Under the pieces are notes generated by a model. It did no database searches, was not told where the DNA came from, and worked only from the letters and a program-made list of their open reading frames with translations. From the NCBI RefSeq assembly GCF_006345805.1, contig NC_042999.1:50592001-50656000 (forward strand): a DNA stretch of 64,000 bases, given 5' to 3'. Made by a program: the position numbers and the translations under genes. The stretch is from Octopus sinensis. Its lineage: Eukaryota. Within the stretch, counting starts at the first letter, position 1; each line of letters starts with the position of its first letter. Positions 13,299-24,742 of this stretch are shown here, one piece after another.

Positions 13299-13472
13299 AG
13301 GCATACGAGTGGGTGTGTGGTAAGTAGCTTGCTTGCCAACCACATAGTTCTGGGTTCAGTCTCACTGTGTGGCACCTTGGGCAAGTGTCTTCAACTATAG
13401 CCTTGGGCTGACTGAAGCCTTGTGAGTGGATTTGGCAGATGGAAACTGAAAGAAGCCTGTCGTATATATGTG

Positions 13473-13503
<31 letters not shown>

Positions 13504-13570
13504 ATGTAGGTGTGTGTATATGTTTGTGTGTCTGTGTTTGTCCCCCCAACATCACTTGACAACCAAACAC
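13299..13570 (+). mobile_element. SINE family A (3'-truncated)
   Basis: GTGTGGTAAGTAGCTTGC..GGGTTCAGTCTC head, GCCTTGTGAGTGGATTTGG body. Confidence 0.8.
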
Positions 13571-13588
13571 ACATACACACACACATAC

Positions 13589-13635
<47 letters not shown>

Positions 13636-13843
13636 ATACACACACGTATATGTGTGTGGTTAAGATGTTTGTTTCACAACCACTGATTAGCACCTTGGGC
13701 TAGTGTCTCAGCTGTAGCCCTGAGCTGACCAAGCCTATTGACTGAATTTGGTAGACAAACATTGTTTGAAAGTCTGTATTATATATACTCATTGTGTAAT
13801 GTCTGCATTCTCTATTCTATGCTAGCATGGATTTGTATGTGTC

Positions 13844-13888
<45 letters not shown>

Positions 13889-13889
13889 A

Positions 13890-14145
13890 TACTACTAATA
13901 TAGGATGAAGTTTTTTTACAGAAAAAAACATGAAGAGCTGAAATCGAGCTCTTCGTGTTTTTTCTGCAGCGAGTAATTAATTTGTGGAAAATTGACGATT
14001 TAAAAGTCTGTTAACTGCATATTGGCATAGAAATAATTTTCTTTAGCCCTTATTTATAATTTTAACCTCAAAGGTATTTTAATATGCTGCCACATTTTTT
14101 GATGGAATTTTTTCTGTAAAAAAACTTCATCCTATATTAGTAGTA
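13890..14145. mobile_element. TA-flanked element with ~38-bp inverted termini, followed by a partial direct copy at 14183-14352
   Basis: TACTACTAATATAGGATGAAGTTTTTTTACAGAAAAAA mirrored at the right end; internal hairpin AGAAAAAAACATGAAGAGC..GCTCTTCGTGTTTTTTCT. Confidence 0.75.
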
Positions 14146-14148
14146 TAT

Positions 14149-14184
<36 letters not shown>

Positions 14185-14367
14185 CTACTAATATAGGATG
14201 AAGTTTTTTTACAGAAAAAAACATGAAGAGCTGAAATCGAGCTCTTCGTGTTTTTTCTGCAGCGAGTAAATAATATGTGGAAAATTGACGATTTAAAAGT
14301 CTGTTAACAGCATATTGGCATAGAAATAATTTTCTTTAGCCCTTATTTATAAGTATATATATTTATT

Positions 14368-14412
<45 letters not shown>

Positions 14413-15109
14413 ACACATATACACATGTTTCCAATTTTTACTTTCCACAAACTACATGACACAAGTAAGGTTGGAAGACAGATAAAAGAAAAACGTTTTA
14501 CTATGTTTAAACCTGTTCTGCACGGAAATAACAACTATAATATAACAACCAATTAATGATGTGGATTAAAAATTTCTTTAACATATGAATATAAACAAAT
14601 TACTGTAGACTCCCACCAATTGAAATAACAATGACCAAACCAACTAAGTTTGCTCACTCATAAATCCAATACATGTAAACTGCAAGCTAATTGGTTAAAA
14701 TAAAGGTGGGATCTATGCCTGTAATATCAGTACACCTACCAAACTATGATGTTTAAGCTGCATGCAGATTGGTCAAAACTGTATTCCAAAAATTCAGCTT
14801 GTTGGAGCCTTCTAAGAGGTATAAAACGGAAGAAGCCAGTCATTTTATTACAGCTATTGAGAACTCAACTGTCACTTAAATACATTTTGAAATCTGATGA
14901 TTACTACGAACGTATGAAAACGCTAATTGAACTTTATGAACATTTCAAAATATTTTTTAATGTTTAGCACACTTCAACATTATAAAGAATTTTTTTTTTA
15001 AATACAATAATAAAAAATGTGAAAACCAGACCATGTTTTAACTTTATTCAACTGATATATTATTCTATACCCATTTACACAAATTCAGAAAAATGTATAA
15101 TTATACATA

Positions 15110-15907
15110 CATATATCATCATCATCATCATCGTCGTTTAACGTCCGTTCTCCATGCTAGCATGGGTTGGACGGTTCGACCGGGGTTCTGGGAAGCCAGA
15201 AGGCTGCACCAGGCTCAGTCTAATTTGGCAATGTTTCTACAGCTGGATGCCCTTCCTAACGCCAACCACTCCGTGAGTGTAGTGGGTGCTTTTTACGTGC
15301 CACCTGCACAGGTGCCAGGCGGGGCTGGCAACGGCCACGGTCAGATTGGTGTATTTTATGTGCCACCGGCACGGAAGCCAGTCGAGGCGGTGCTGGCATC
15401 GGCCACGAGTCGGATAGTGCTTTTTACGTACCACCAGACCAGGGATCCTGGCTGGTTCAATTCGATTTCGATTTCGCTTGCCCCAACATGTCTTCACAAG
15501 CAAAGGGGGTTGGCAAGGGTGCCTGTCGTACGGTCGCATTGGAGTATTTTACGTGCCACGGCCACGAGTCGGATAGTGCTTTACGTACCACCAGACCAGG
15601 GATACTGGCTGGTTCAATTCGATTTCGATTTCGCTTGCCCCAACATGTCTTCACAAGCAAAGGGGGTTGGCAAGGGTGCCTGTCGTACGGTCGCATTGGA
15701 GTATTTTACGTGCCACGGCCACGAGTCGGATAGTGCTTTACGTACCACCAGACCAGGGATCCTGGCTGGTTCAATTCGATTTCGATTTCGCTTGCCCCAA
15801 CATGTCTTCACAAGCAAAGGGGGTTGGCATGGGTGCCTGTCGTACGGTCGCATTGGAGTATTTTACGTGCCACGGCCCCGAGTCGGATAGTGCTTTTTAC
15901 GTACCAA
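15110..15907 (-). mobile_element. Family E element with ~157-bp internal tandem array (~3.2 units)
   Basis: (CAT)n tail and TTTAACGTCCGTTCTCCATGCTAGCATGGGTT at left; unit starts at 15401, 15560, 15717, 15874. Confidence 0.85.
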
Positions 15908-15921
15908 TATATATATATATA

Positions 15922-16233
15922 CCGGAGTAAACACATAAATGTGAAACAAGGTGGAAAAAAGAGTACTCAAATAGCAGTGGTAGAGTAATATGCTTTATTT
16001 AAAGCAGCAGAAAATTCAACAAAACCTGTTACTCTGAGTTTCACGTTGCCGTTCATCGATTTTATATCTATGGATCCATTTCAGATGAATATTAGGACCT
16101 AGTTCCCTATATCAGATCAATGAGTTTATATCTCTCAGGGAATATATAAAATTTTACAAAAACTGTCCGATGAACGGCAACGTGAAACTCTGAGTAACAG
16201 GTTTTGTTGAATTTTCTGCTGCTTTAAATAAAG
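15922..16233. mobile_element. Fold-back of PLE-type terminal sequence with hammerhead, between (TA)n tracts
   Basis: ~15990-16058 is the reverse complement of ~16166-16234. Confidence 0.75.
16163..16200 (+). ncRNA. Minimal type I hammerhead ribozyme (U4C core variant)
   Basis: CTGT-CCGATGA-ACG(GCAA)CGT-GAAA-CTC(T)GAG-TA-ACAG: stem I CTGT/ACAG, GNRA-capped stem II, GUA triplet. Confidence 0.75.
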
Positions 16234-17314
16234 TGTATATATATATATATACACACATTTATATATACATATGCATATATACGTGTATGTGTATATATAT
16301 ATATATATACATATGTGTGTGTGTGTATATAAATATATATATATATACACACACACACATAAATATATGAATATACATGTATGTATGTGTGTATATATAC
16401 ATACATACATATGTGTGTACATGCATACATTTGTATGCAGAGCACAGCTGGATCCATTTGAGATGAATATTAGGACCTAGTTCCCTATATCAGATCAATG
16501 AGTTTATATCTCTCAAGGAATATATAAAACTTTACATTTTCCTATCTCCCTCTTTTCAGAATCAATAAAATAAGAGCCATAGATATAAAATCAATTATGA
16601 TCCCTCTACTTACACAGGAGACTTTATGCCTAGTGAAAAATAAATAAATAAATGCAAAACAAAAGAAGGGAATATAATAATATTTGTTGCTGTTGGGTGC
16701 TTTTATCCTTTTTTTTTTATTACTTTTTTCTCATTTTTAAAATTTTCTTTTCTTTGCTGTTGTCGAGATTTTGCCGCTAAACAATTCCCTGATGTTGCCT
16801 ATAATCATCTTACATCTATGTCTCATGAAATTCTTACAAGTAATATTTTGTAGAAACCCAAAATAAATAATAAATAAATAAATAAATAAATAAATGAATA
16901 AAAATTGTTGCAAAGGGGAAAATATCTGAGTTTGGCAAATAGCCATAACAGAGGAAGAAATTTTAATGATTTGCATGACTTTGGAACATTTATGAAGAAA
17001 TGGAAGAAAAAGACACAGAAAAAAAAAATTACATATTCTTATTGTTTATATTATTTTTTGTTCATTGTTATATATTTTTATAGTACTTTCATCTTTGTTT
17101 ATTTATATATGCAGATTGTATATTTTATTTTCTTGTCTTAAATGCAATGATTGCTGCGTGGGTTTATTTGTGAGTTGCTTTCATTTAGCATTTAAAAGAA
17201 AACCAGAAAGGTGCAATTTAAGTCTAATACAGATAATGGGTGGAGTTAGTATTCACATTTTGTTTTATATTAAATTATATATATATATATATATATACAT
17301 ATATGCACATATAC

Positions 17315-17357
<43 letters not shown>

Positions 17358-17366
17358 TATGCACAT

Positions 17367-17403
<37 letters not shown>

Positions 17404-18274
17404 ATGAAAATAAGCAACAGGATATCAAAAGGCGATACAGTACAACAGTTTCAAGCAGCTCCATTTAACTAAACAATGCTATCATTACAATTTAAATGTA
17501 GGGCTATCCTCAGCTGCATAAATAAATTGTTTTTAATCAGTTAGACACATTAATATAATTTTACTCAGATTCTGTAATAGAGCAAGAAGAGGGAGAAAGT
17601 CCATGTTGCTATGAATGTGACTCAGAATATACTACACTTCTAAGAACTGCATGAAGTTTGTTAGGGGTCATAGCTTGTAAATGATTGCGGTTCACTTTTA
17701 ATTTATTAGTCTTTTTTTATCAACTACTAAATCTAAGGCTAGAATATAGTGTCCGTTTAGAATGGATAGACGGAGTGAGTTGACAGTTTATAGTTGGGTG
17801 TGGTCATAAATATTGTCAGGATTCAGATAATGTATAAGTTACTGTCTATAAAGGAGGCTGGGTAGGGGAAGACCCTAAATCAAGAAGTTAATTACCAGTT
17901 AAAGGGGCAACACAATAATAAAACCTATGATGTTAATACAGAGAAAATTATCATGGGATACAATAGATGATTGTATATAAACAATATTGTTATATTGTTT
18001 GAAGATAAAATTTAAGATTACTAGAAATGATATTATAACCAGAATAGATAAACTGTGTATGTATAGCAATTTTCAACATTAGAAAGGGAAGATTACATAG
18101 AATTAGTTTAATATTCATACCAGTATTTAATTATTTTGAGTTGTACGGATAATACTGCACTAACTTGGTGTTTTAACTTAAGTACCTAGTTCAACTGAAT
18201 CTCAATTATTTCTTATATATATATACATACATACATACATACATACATATGTATACACACACACACATATATAT

Positions 18275-18325
<51 letters not shown>

Positions 18326-18530
18326 TATATATTTACATATATACGTGTATACAGATATACACATATCTATATACACACATAAATATATACACATATACAT
18401 ATATATATACATGCATATACATATATATGTATGTATATACACATATATGCATATGTATACATATATATACATATATATACACACATATATATATGTATAT
18501 ATATATATATACCTACACATACATATATGA

Positions 18531-18568
<38 letters not shown>

Positions 18569-18844
18569 TTAATAAGGGTGAGAGAATTAGATACTAATTT
18601 AATAGTATATCTATTCAACACCAAGTGGCCTAGTGCTCCGAGAAACCTGGATTATTATAATATTTTATAATATATTATAATATTTTTACAAAATAAATAT
18701 AAGAGAGTGGTCACTATATGGCTCACTCTAGCACCAGTTAATCCAAAAGGTTTCAACCACAAAAATACATGTTTCCCATGAAAGTCAGTACGATTGTTAG
18801 CTCACACGGACAGGGCAAATAAAAAATAACAAAAATACAGATTA

Positions 18845-18926
18845 TTTTGGGACAATTGTTTCGCTATTAATGAATTAAGTGTAATTTTACTTACAAAAAA
18901 ATCCACTTGTAGCTCCTCAGCCAAAA
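18845..18926 (-). ncRNA. Type I hammerhead ribozyme (inverted unit)
   Basis: Minus strand TTTTGG-CTGAGGA-GCTA..TAGC-GAAA-CAATTG-TC-CCAAAA. Confidence 0.85.
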
Positions 18927-19466
18927 CTATCTGGATGAAATCCACTCAATCACACGCCAGATTTTACCATAACGATAAATACGCGTGTGGTTCAATTGAT
19001 TACATCCGACGTTATAATTCAAATGCCCCAACTAACAGCGCGCCAAACTTTCACGGAAAACAAATACAGCATTTAGAAATAAATGCAGCATATTTTTGTG
19101 GTTGAAACCTTTTGGATTAACTGGTGCTAGAGTGAGCCATATAGTGACCACTCTCTTATATTTATTTTGTAAAAATATTATAATATATTATAAAATATTA
19201 TAATAATCCAGGTTTCTCGGAGCACTAGGCCACTTGGTGTTGAATAGATAAACTATTAAATTAGTATCTAATTCTCTCACCCTTATTAATTAATTATAAT
19301 TATGCTGCATTTATTTCTAAATGCTGTATTTGTTTTCCGTGAAAGTTTGGCGCGCTGTTAGTTGGGGCATTTGAATTATAACGTCGGATGTAATCAATTG
19401 AACCACACGCGTATTTATCGTTATGGTAAAATCTGGCGTGCGATTGAGTGGATTTCATCCAGATAG

Positions 19467-19548
19467 TTTTGGCTGAGGAGCTACAAGTGGATTTTTTTGT
19501 AAGTAAAATTACATTTAATTCATTAATAGCGAAACAATTGTCCAAAAA
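19467..19548 (+). ncRNA. Type I hammerhead ribozyme (one stem I mismatch)
   Basis: Same core; 3' strand of stem I is CAAAAA instead of CCAAAA. Confidence 0.8.
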
Positions 19549-20000
19549 TAATCTGTATTTTTGTTATTTTTTATTTGCCCTGTCCGTGTGAGCTAACAAT
19601 CGTACTGACTTTCATGGGAAACATGTATTTTTGTGGTTGAAACCTTTTGGATTAACTGGTGCTAGAGTGAGCCATATAGTGACCACTCTCTTATATTTAT
19701 TTTGTAAAAATATTATAATATATTATAAAATATTATAATAATCCAGGTTTCTCGGAGCACTAGGCCACTTGGTGTTGAATAGATATACTATTAAATTAGT
19801 ATCTAATTCTCTCACCCTTATTAATTAATTATAATTATGCTGCATTTATTTCTAAATGCTGTATTTGTTTTCCGTGAAAGTTTGGCGCGCTGTTAGTTGG
19901 GGCATTTGAATATAATGTCGGATGTAATCAATTGAACCACACGCGTATTTATCGTTATGGTAAAATCTGGCGTGTGATTGAGTGGATTTCATCCAGATAG

Positions 20001-20082
20001 TTTTGGCTGAGGAGCTACAAGTGGATTTTTTTGTAAGTAAAATTACATTTAATTCATTAATAGCGAAACAATTGTCCCAAAA
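20001..20082 (+). ncRNA. Type I hammerhead ribozyme
   Basis: TTTTGG (20001-6), CTGAGGA, GCTA..TAGC, GAAA, CAATTG, TC, CCAAAA; predicted cleavage after 20076. Confidence 0.88.
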
Positions 20083-20535
20083 TAATCTGTATTTTTGTTA
20101 TTTTTTATTTGCCCTGTCCGTGTGAGCTAACAATCGTACTGACTTTCATGGGAAACATGTATTTTTGTGGTTGAAACCTTTTGGATTAACTGGTGCTAGA
20201 GTGAGCCATATCGTGACCACTCTCTTATATTTATTTTGTAAAAATATTATAATATATTATAAAATATTATAATATATCCAGGTTTCTCGGAGCACTAGGC
20301 CACTTGGTGTTGAATAGATATACTATAAATTAGTATCTAATCCTCTCACCCTTATTAATTAATTATAATTATGCTGCATTTATTTCTAAATGCTGTATTT
20401 GTTTTCCGTGAAAGTTTGGCGCGCTGTTAGTTGGGGCATTTGAATTATAACGTCGGATGTAATCAATTGAACCACACGCGTATTTATCGTTATGGTAAAA
20501 TCTGGCGTGTGATTGAGTGGATTTCATCCAGATAG

Positions 20536-20617
20536 TTTTGGCTGAGGAGCTACAAGTGGATTTTTTTGTAAGTAAAATTACATTTAATTCATTAATAGCG
20601 AAACAATTGTCCCAAAA
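20536..20617 (+). ncRNA. Type I hammerhead ribozyme
   Basis: Identical architecture; predicted cleavage after 20611. Confidence 0.88.
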
Positions 20618-20766
20618 TAATCTGTATTTTTGTTATTTTTTATTTGCCCTGTCCGTGTGAGCTAACAATCGTACTGACTTTCATGGGAAACATGTATTTT
20701 TGTGGTTGAAACCTTTTGGATTAACTGGTGCTAGAGTGAGCCATATAGTGACCACTCTCTTATATT

Positions 20767-20825
<59 letters not shown>

Positions 20826-20932
20826 TATATGTATATATATATACATACACATACATATATGAATACATATATACATCCATATATACATACACATACATAT
20901 ATGTATGTATATACATATATATGCATGTTGTA

Positions 20933-20973
<41 letters not shown>

Positions 20974-21011
20974 ATAGCAATAGATAGACAGAAGTGTATA
21001 CATATATTCAT

Positions 21012-21393
21012 TTCTTTTACTCTTTTACTTGTTTCAGTCATTTGACTGTGGCAATACTGGAGTACTGCCTCTAATCAAGCAAATCAACCTTATTCTTTGT
21101 AAGCCTAGTACTTATTCTATTAGTCTCTTTTGCCAAACTGCTAAGTTACGGGGACATAAACACACCAATATCGGCGTCAAATGAACATATATATATATAT
21201 ATTTATGTATATATATATATATATGTATACAACAGGCTTCTTTTAATTTCTCCCTACCAAATCCACTCACTAGGTGTTGGGCATCCCGAGGCTATAGTAA
21301 AACACACTTGCTCAAGGTGCCATGCAGTGGGACTGAACCCAGAACTGTGTAGTTGGGAAGCTAGCTTCTTACCACACAGCCATTCCTGTGCCT
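21012..21393 (-). mobile_element. SINE family A
   Basis: Head, body and tail match other family A copies. Confidence 0.8.
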
Positions 21394-22343
21394 GTATATA
21401 TATATATTTATATACATATTAAATTTGATATATTTTTGGTCATTTGTAGAAAATTTTTCCGGTTCTAATGTACTGATTGATTTCATTATAATTAATAATG
21501 ATATTGCTGTTGTTATTGTGGGTTGTTTTATAAGTGCAATTGTTGTAATATTTTGCTCTTCCAGAATAACAGAACTATAATGCAAATATTAAATATCTTC
21601 AATAGATACCAAAGTTATCACTGCATTTCAGTATCATTGTCTTTTTATATTTCAACCTAGCAAGACCAGCCCAAATTTTACACTGATTCTACATCAATTT
21701 CTAATGAACAACATAGAATAAACTTTATTTTGCACAGTCATTAATAATGAACTGATCATTTTGGAAATAAATAGAAATAATTTATATCCTGTTTGTTTCC
21801 ACCAAATAAATAAAGAAATAACATTTTTAGTCTTAAATTTTCAATTTCTCTAAAAATTTTCCAGATATTTTTATTGGAGAAGACAGAAAAGTTTGACTTA
21901 TATTCTTGTATATAATTGTCAAAATATACATTTTTAATCAGTAAATGGACACTGTGGAATATAGATATTTATATACAAGCCATATAGCAGTCCATATATA
22001 TACATATTTTTGTATTCAATAACGGTATATACAGGGGAATTTCTAAAAATGCATTTTGTCATTGATAAATGTATGTTCTGGAATATTGCCATCTATTTTA
22101 TCACCTCACTTTTTTTATGTATGTTTTAAGTGCTTATTTAAGGCATTATTTCTACAACCTCTGAAATGGGACAATTATTCTAAAATAGTTATTTTCTGAA
22201 TACTGAAGAGAACAATAGTTTGTTTCACACCATATCCATCTTTACAGGTGAGACTTTCAAATTAATATCTGTTAAGTTATCTGCTTTATATGTATTTCAG
22301 TTATCCACAAAATGGCTGTTAATGTTTATCCTGATAAGATATA

Positions 22344-23609
22344 TATCAGGTCATTAAGAATGCAATGTCCAATTTTGAACTGAAAGTTAATTTTACTTTA
22401 TCTCAACAAAAAGCAATGCAGTTAATCAAAGTATGCACATAAATTATCGACACAATTTTGCCATTTTATCAGTAGCTTATTTATGCCAGCAGCAAAGAAT
22501 TCTGGAGAGCAAGTGGTGATGAAATCATGAAAGGCTGTTTTTACATCTTCTTCAGATTTGAATTTTTTTCCTTGCAAAAAATTGTCTAATGCTTGGAAAA
22601 TGTGATAGTCAGCTGGTGCAAGGTCTGACAGAGTACTTCCAAGTTCAATTCCTGTAACTTGAGTAGCATTCTTTGTGCAACATGTGGTCAAGCATTGTCT
22701 TGCAAGAGAACTAACCTATCTCTGTTGACCAATCTTAGTTGTTTAATTGCAAGTTCACTCGTCTTTTCATCCAATAGGTTGATGAATACATCAACTGTAA
22801 TTGACTTACTACATCTCATGAAGCTGTAGTCGATGACACCAGTGCTGGACCACCAAACAGACACCATTAGCTCTGTTTGGTGAATATTCTTTTTTGATTG
22901 TGTTTTGGCACTTCATTTCTATCCAACCACCATGCAGAACATATGCTATTGTCAAAAAGAATCCATTTTTCATCATGTAACAATATGATGCAAAAATGGT
23001 TTGCCATGACAGCAAAGAACAGCAAATTTCAAGATGACATGTCATCTGATGCTTGTTCAGTTCGTGTGGTACCCACTTGTCCAGCTTCTTTACCTTGCCA
23101 GTTTGTTTCAAATGGGTCCAACACAGTTGGAATTGAAACATCAAACCTTGCTGTTGCTAACTCACACATAGTTTGAGATGTATTCACTTCCACCACAGTT
23201 TCCAGCTCATCATTATCCACCTCAGTCTCAGGTCTACCACAGGGCTGATTTTCAAGAGTAAAGTCACCAGACTGGAACTTCTCAAACCAAGGGCATACAG
23301 TACACTCATTCGCCAGATCTTCACCAAACACCTCATTGATGTTTCAAGCTGTCTGGTATACACTTGTTCCATGATGGAATTCATATTCATAAACAACACA
23401 AATTTTTTAGCTGCCCATGGGTTCACAAAAATTGATTTACAAGAAAAAACTCACAATGTAATCAGATACCATGAATAGCATTTCGAAAAGTGATGATGTA
23501 ACTCTTCAATGTGGTAAAACAAAGAATTGTCAAGATAAAACATTGGAGTTAATGACTGTCAAACCTGGTGCATAAGAAAATTGAACATTTCATTCTTAAT
23601 GACCTGATG
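22344..23609 (-). mobile_element. Full-length (~1266 bp) mariner element, transposase pseudogene ~22422-23418
   Basis: ~30-bp TIRs (T/C)ATCAGGTCATTAAGAATG.AATGT.CAATTT, TA on both flanks. Fragments FGEDLANECTV..WFEKFQSGD, KKLDKWVPHEL, DLAPADYHIF..LDNFL; stops and frameshifts. Confidence 0.92.
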
Positions 23610-24340
23610 TATTTATATACAAACATACATAAGAGAAAGAGACAGACAGACAGACAGACAGAGACACACTGGTAGACAGAGATTAAAATGTATTTGTTCT
23701 GGTGAGGCATTCATCCACCTTCCATACACTGAGGTGAGACCCTAGTGTGGTGTTAGCAGTTTAATCATTGATGACCCAAATAGGAAATAAGTATTACAGG
23801 TAGCACAGATTTGCATGTTAACGAGCAGCAGAGAATTTTTGATTGATTTAAGCTGCAAATAATCAGATATAATATAGGATCAGTTTTGATTGGGATTTTA
23901 ACTTTTATTTGTTGGCTTATTCAACCTCACACTCTCTCTCTTATACACTCACACAGATTGTATGTGTTCAGTAAATGTATAAGCAAGAACATAGTAGTCT
24001 ACATATATATTTTGCATTCAGCACAATTATACACCAGAATATACTTGTTATAATATATAGTATGATTGTATGAATGTTGCCGATCCTGAAATATTGACTT
24101 CTAATACCCTTTAATATTTAAACCAGCAACATCTAGACCAAATGTTCTACCAATTTTATGTTCAAACTGGCCAGAACTGACCTTGCACACCTACCCTACA
24201 ATGTCATCCTGAAAATAAACAATCACATCATCAAAACATCAAAGCTATGAGATAACATATGATTAATACAAAATAATGTGAATATATAAGCATTACATTT
24301 TGTCAGAGTAATCTGAATGATAAAGGTTTTAATGCATAAT

Positions 24341-24742
24341 CTCTTTTTTACTCTTTTACTTGTTTCAGTCATTTGACTGCGGCCATGCTGGAGCACCACC
24401 TTTAGTCGAGCAAATTGACCCCAGTACTTATTCTTTGTAAGCTTAGTACTTATTCTATCGGTCTCTTTTGCCGAAACGCTAAGTTACGGGGACGGAAACA
24501 CACCAGCATCGGTTGTCAAACGATGCTGGAGGGACAAACACATACACACACATACATATATATATATATATACATATATACGATGGGCTTCTTTCAGTTT
24601 CCATCTACCAAATCCACTCACAAGGCTTTGGTCGACCCAAGGCTATAGTAGAAGACACTTGCCCAAGGTGCCAAGCAGTGGGACTGAACCCGGAACTATG
24701 TGGTTCATAAGCAAGCTACTTACCACACAGCCACTCCTACGC
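24341..24742 (-). mobile_element. SINE family A (full length)
   Basis: tRNA-like head with GGGTTCAGTCCC, central microsatellite, AAGTAAAAGAG tail. Confidence 0.85.

Larger units (their letters stand above)
18561..20772. mobile_element. Retrozyme-like tandem array of 534-535 bp hammerhead-containing units (one inverted + ~3.15 direct)
   Basis: Direct units start at 19091, 19626, 20160, 20695; 18561-19092 is the reverse complement of one permuted unit; few differences between units; no convincing ORF; (TA)n on both flanks. Confidence 0.9.

Noticed and set aside
17560-18200. Unique stretch with TATAAA and AATAAA, possibly a solo LTR
   Set aside because: No TG..CA termini, TSD or second copy found.
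20143-20165. Possible second hammerhead in each unit (CTGACTTTCATGGGAAACATGTA)
   Set aside because: GAAA-CATG-TA is present, but there is no CTGANGA core or stem II.
18561-20772. CRISPR-like or rDNA/snRNA tandem interpretation
   Set aside because: No unique spacers, no cas genes, and no rRNA/snRNA motif recognised.
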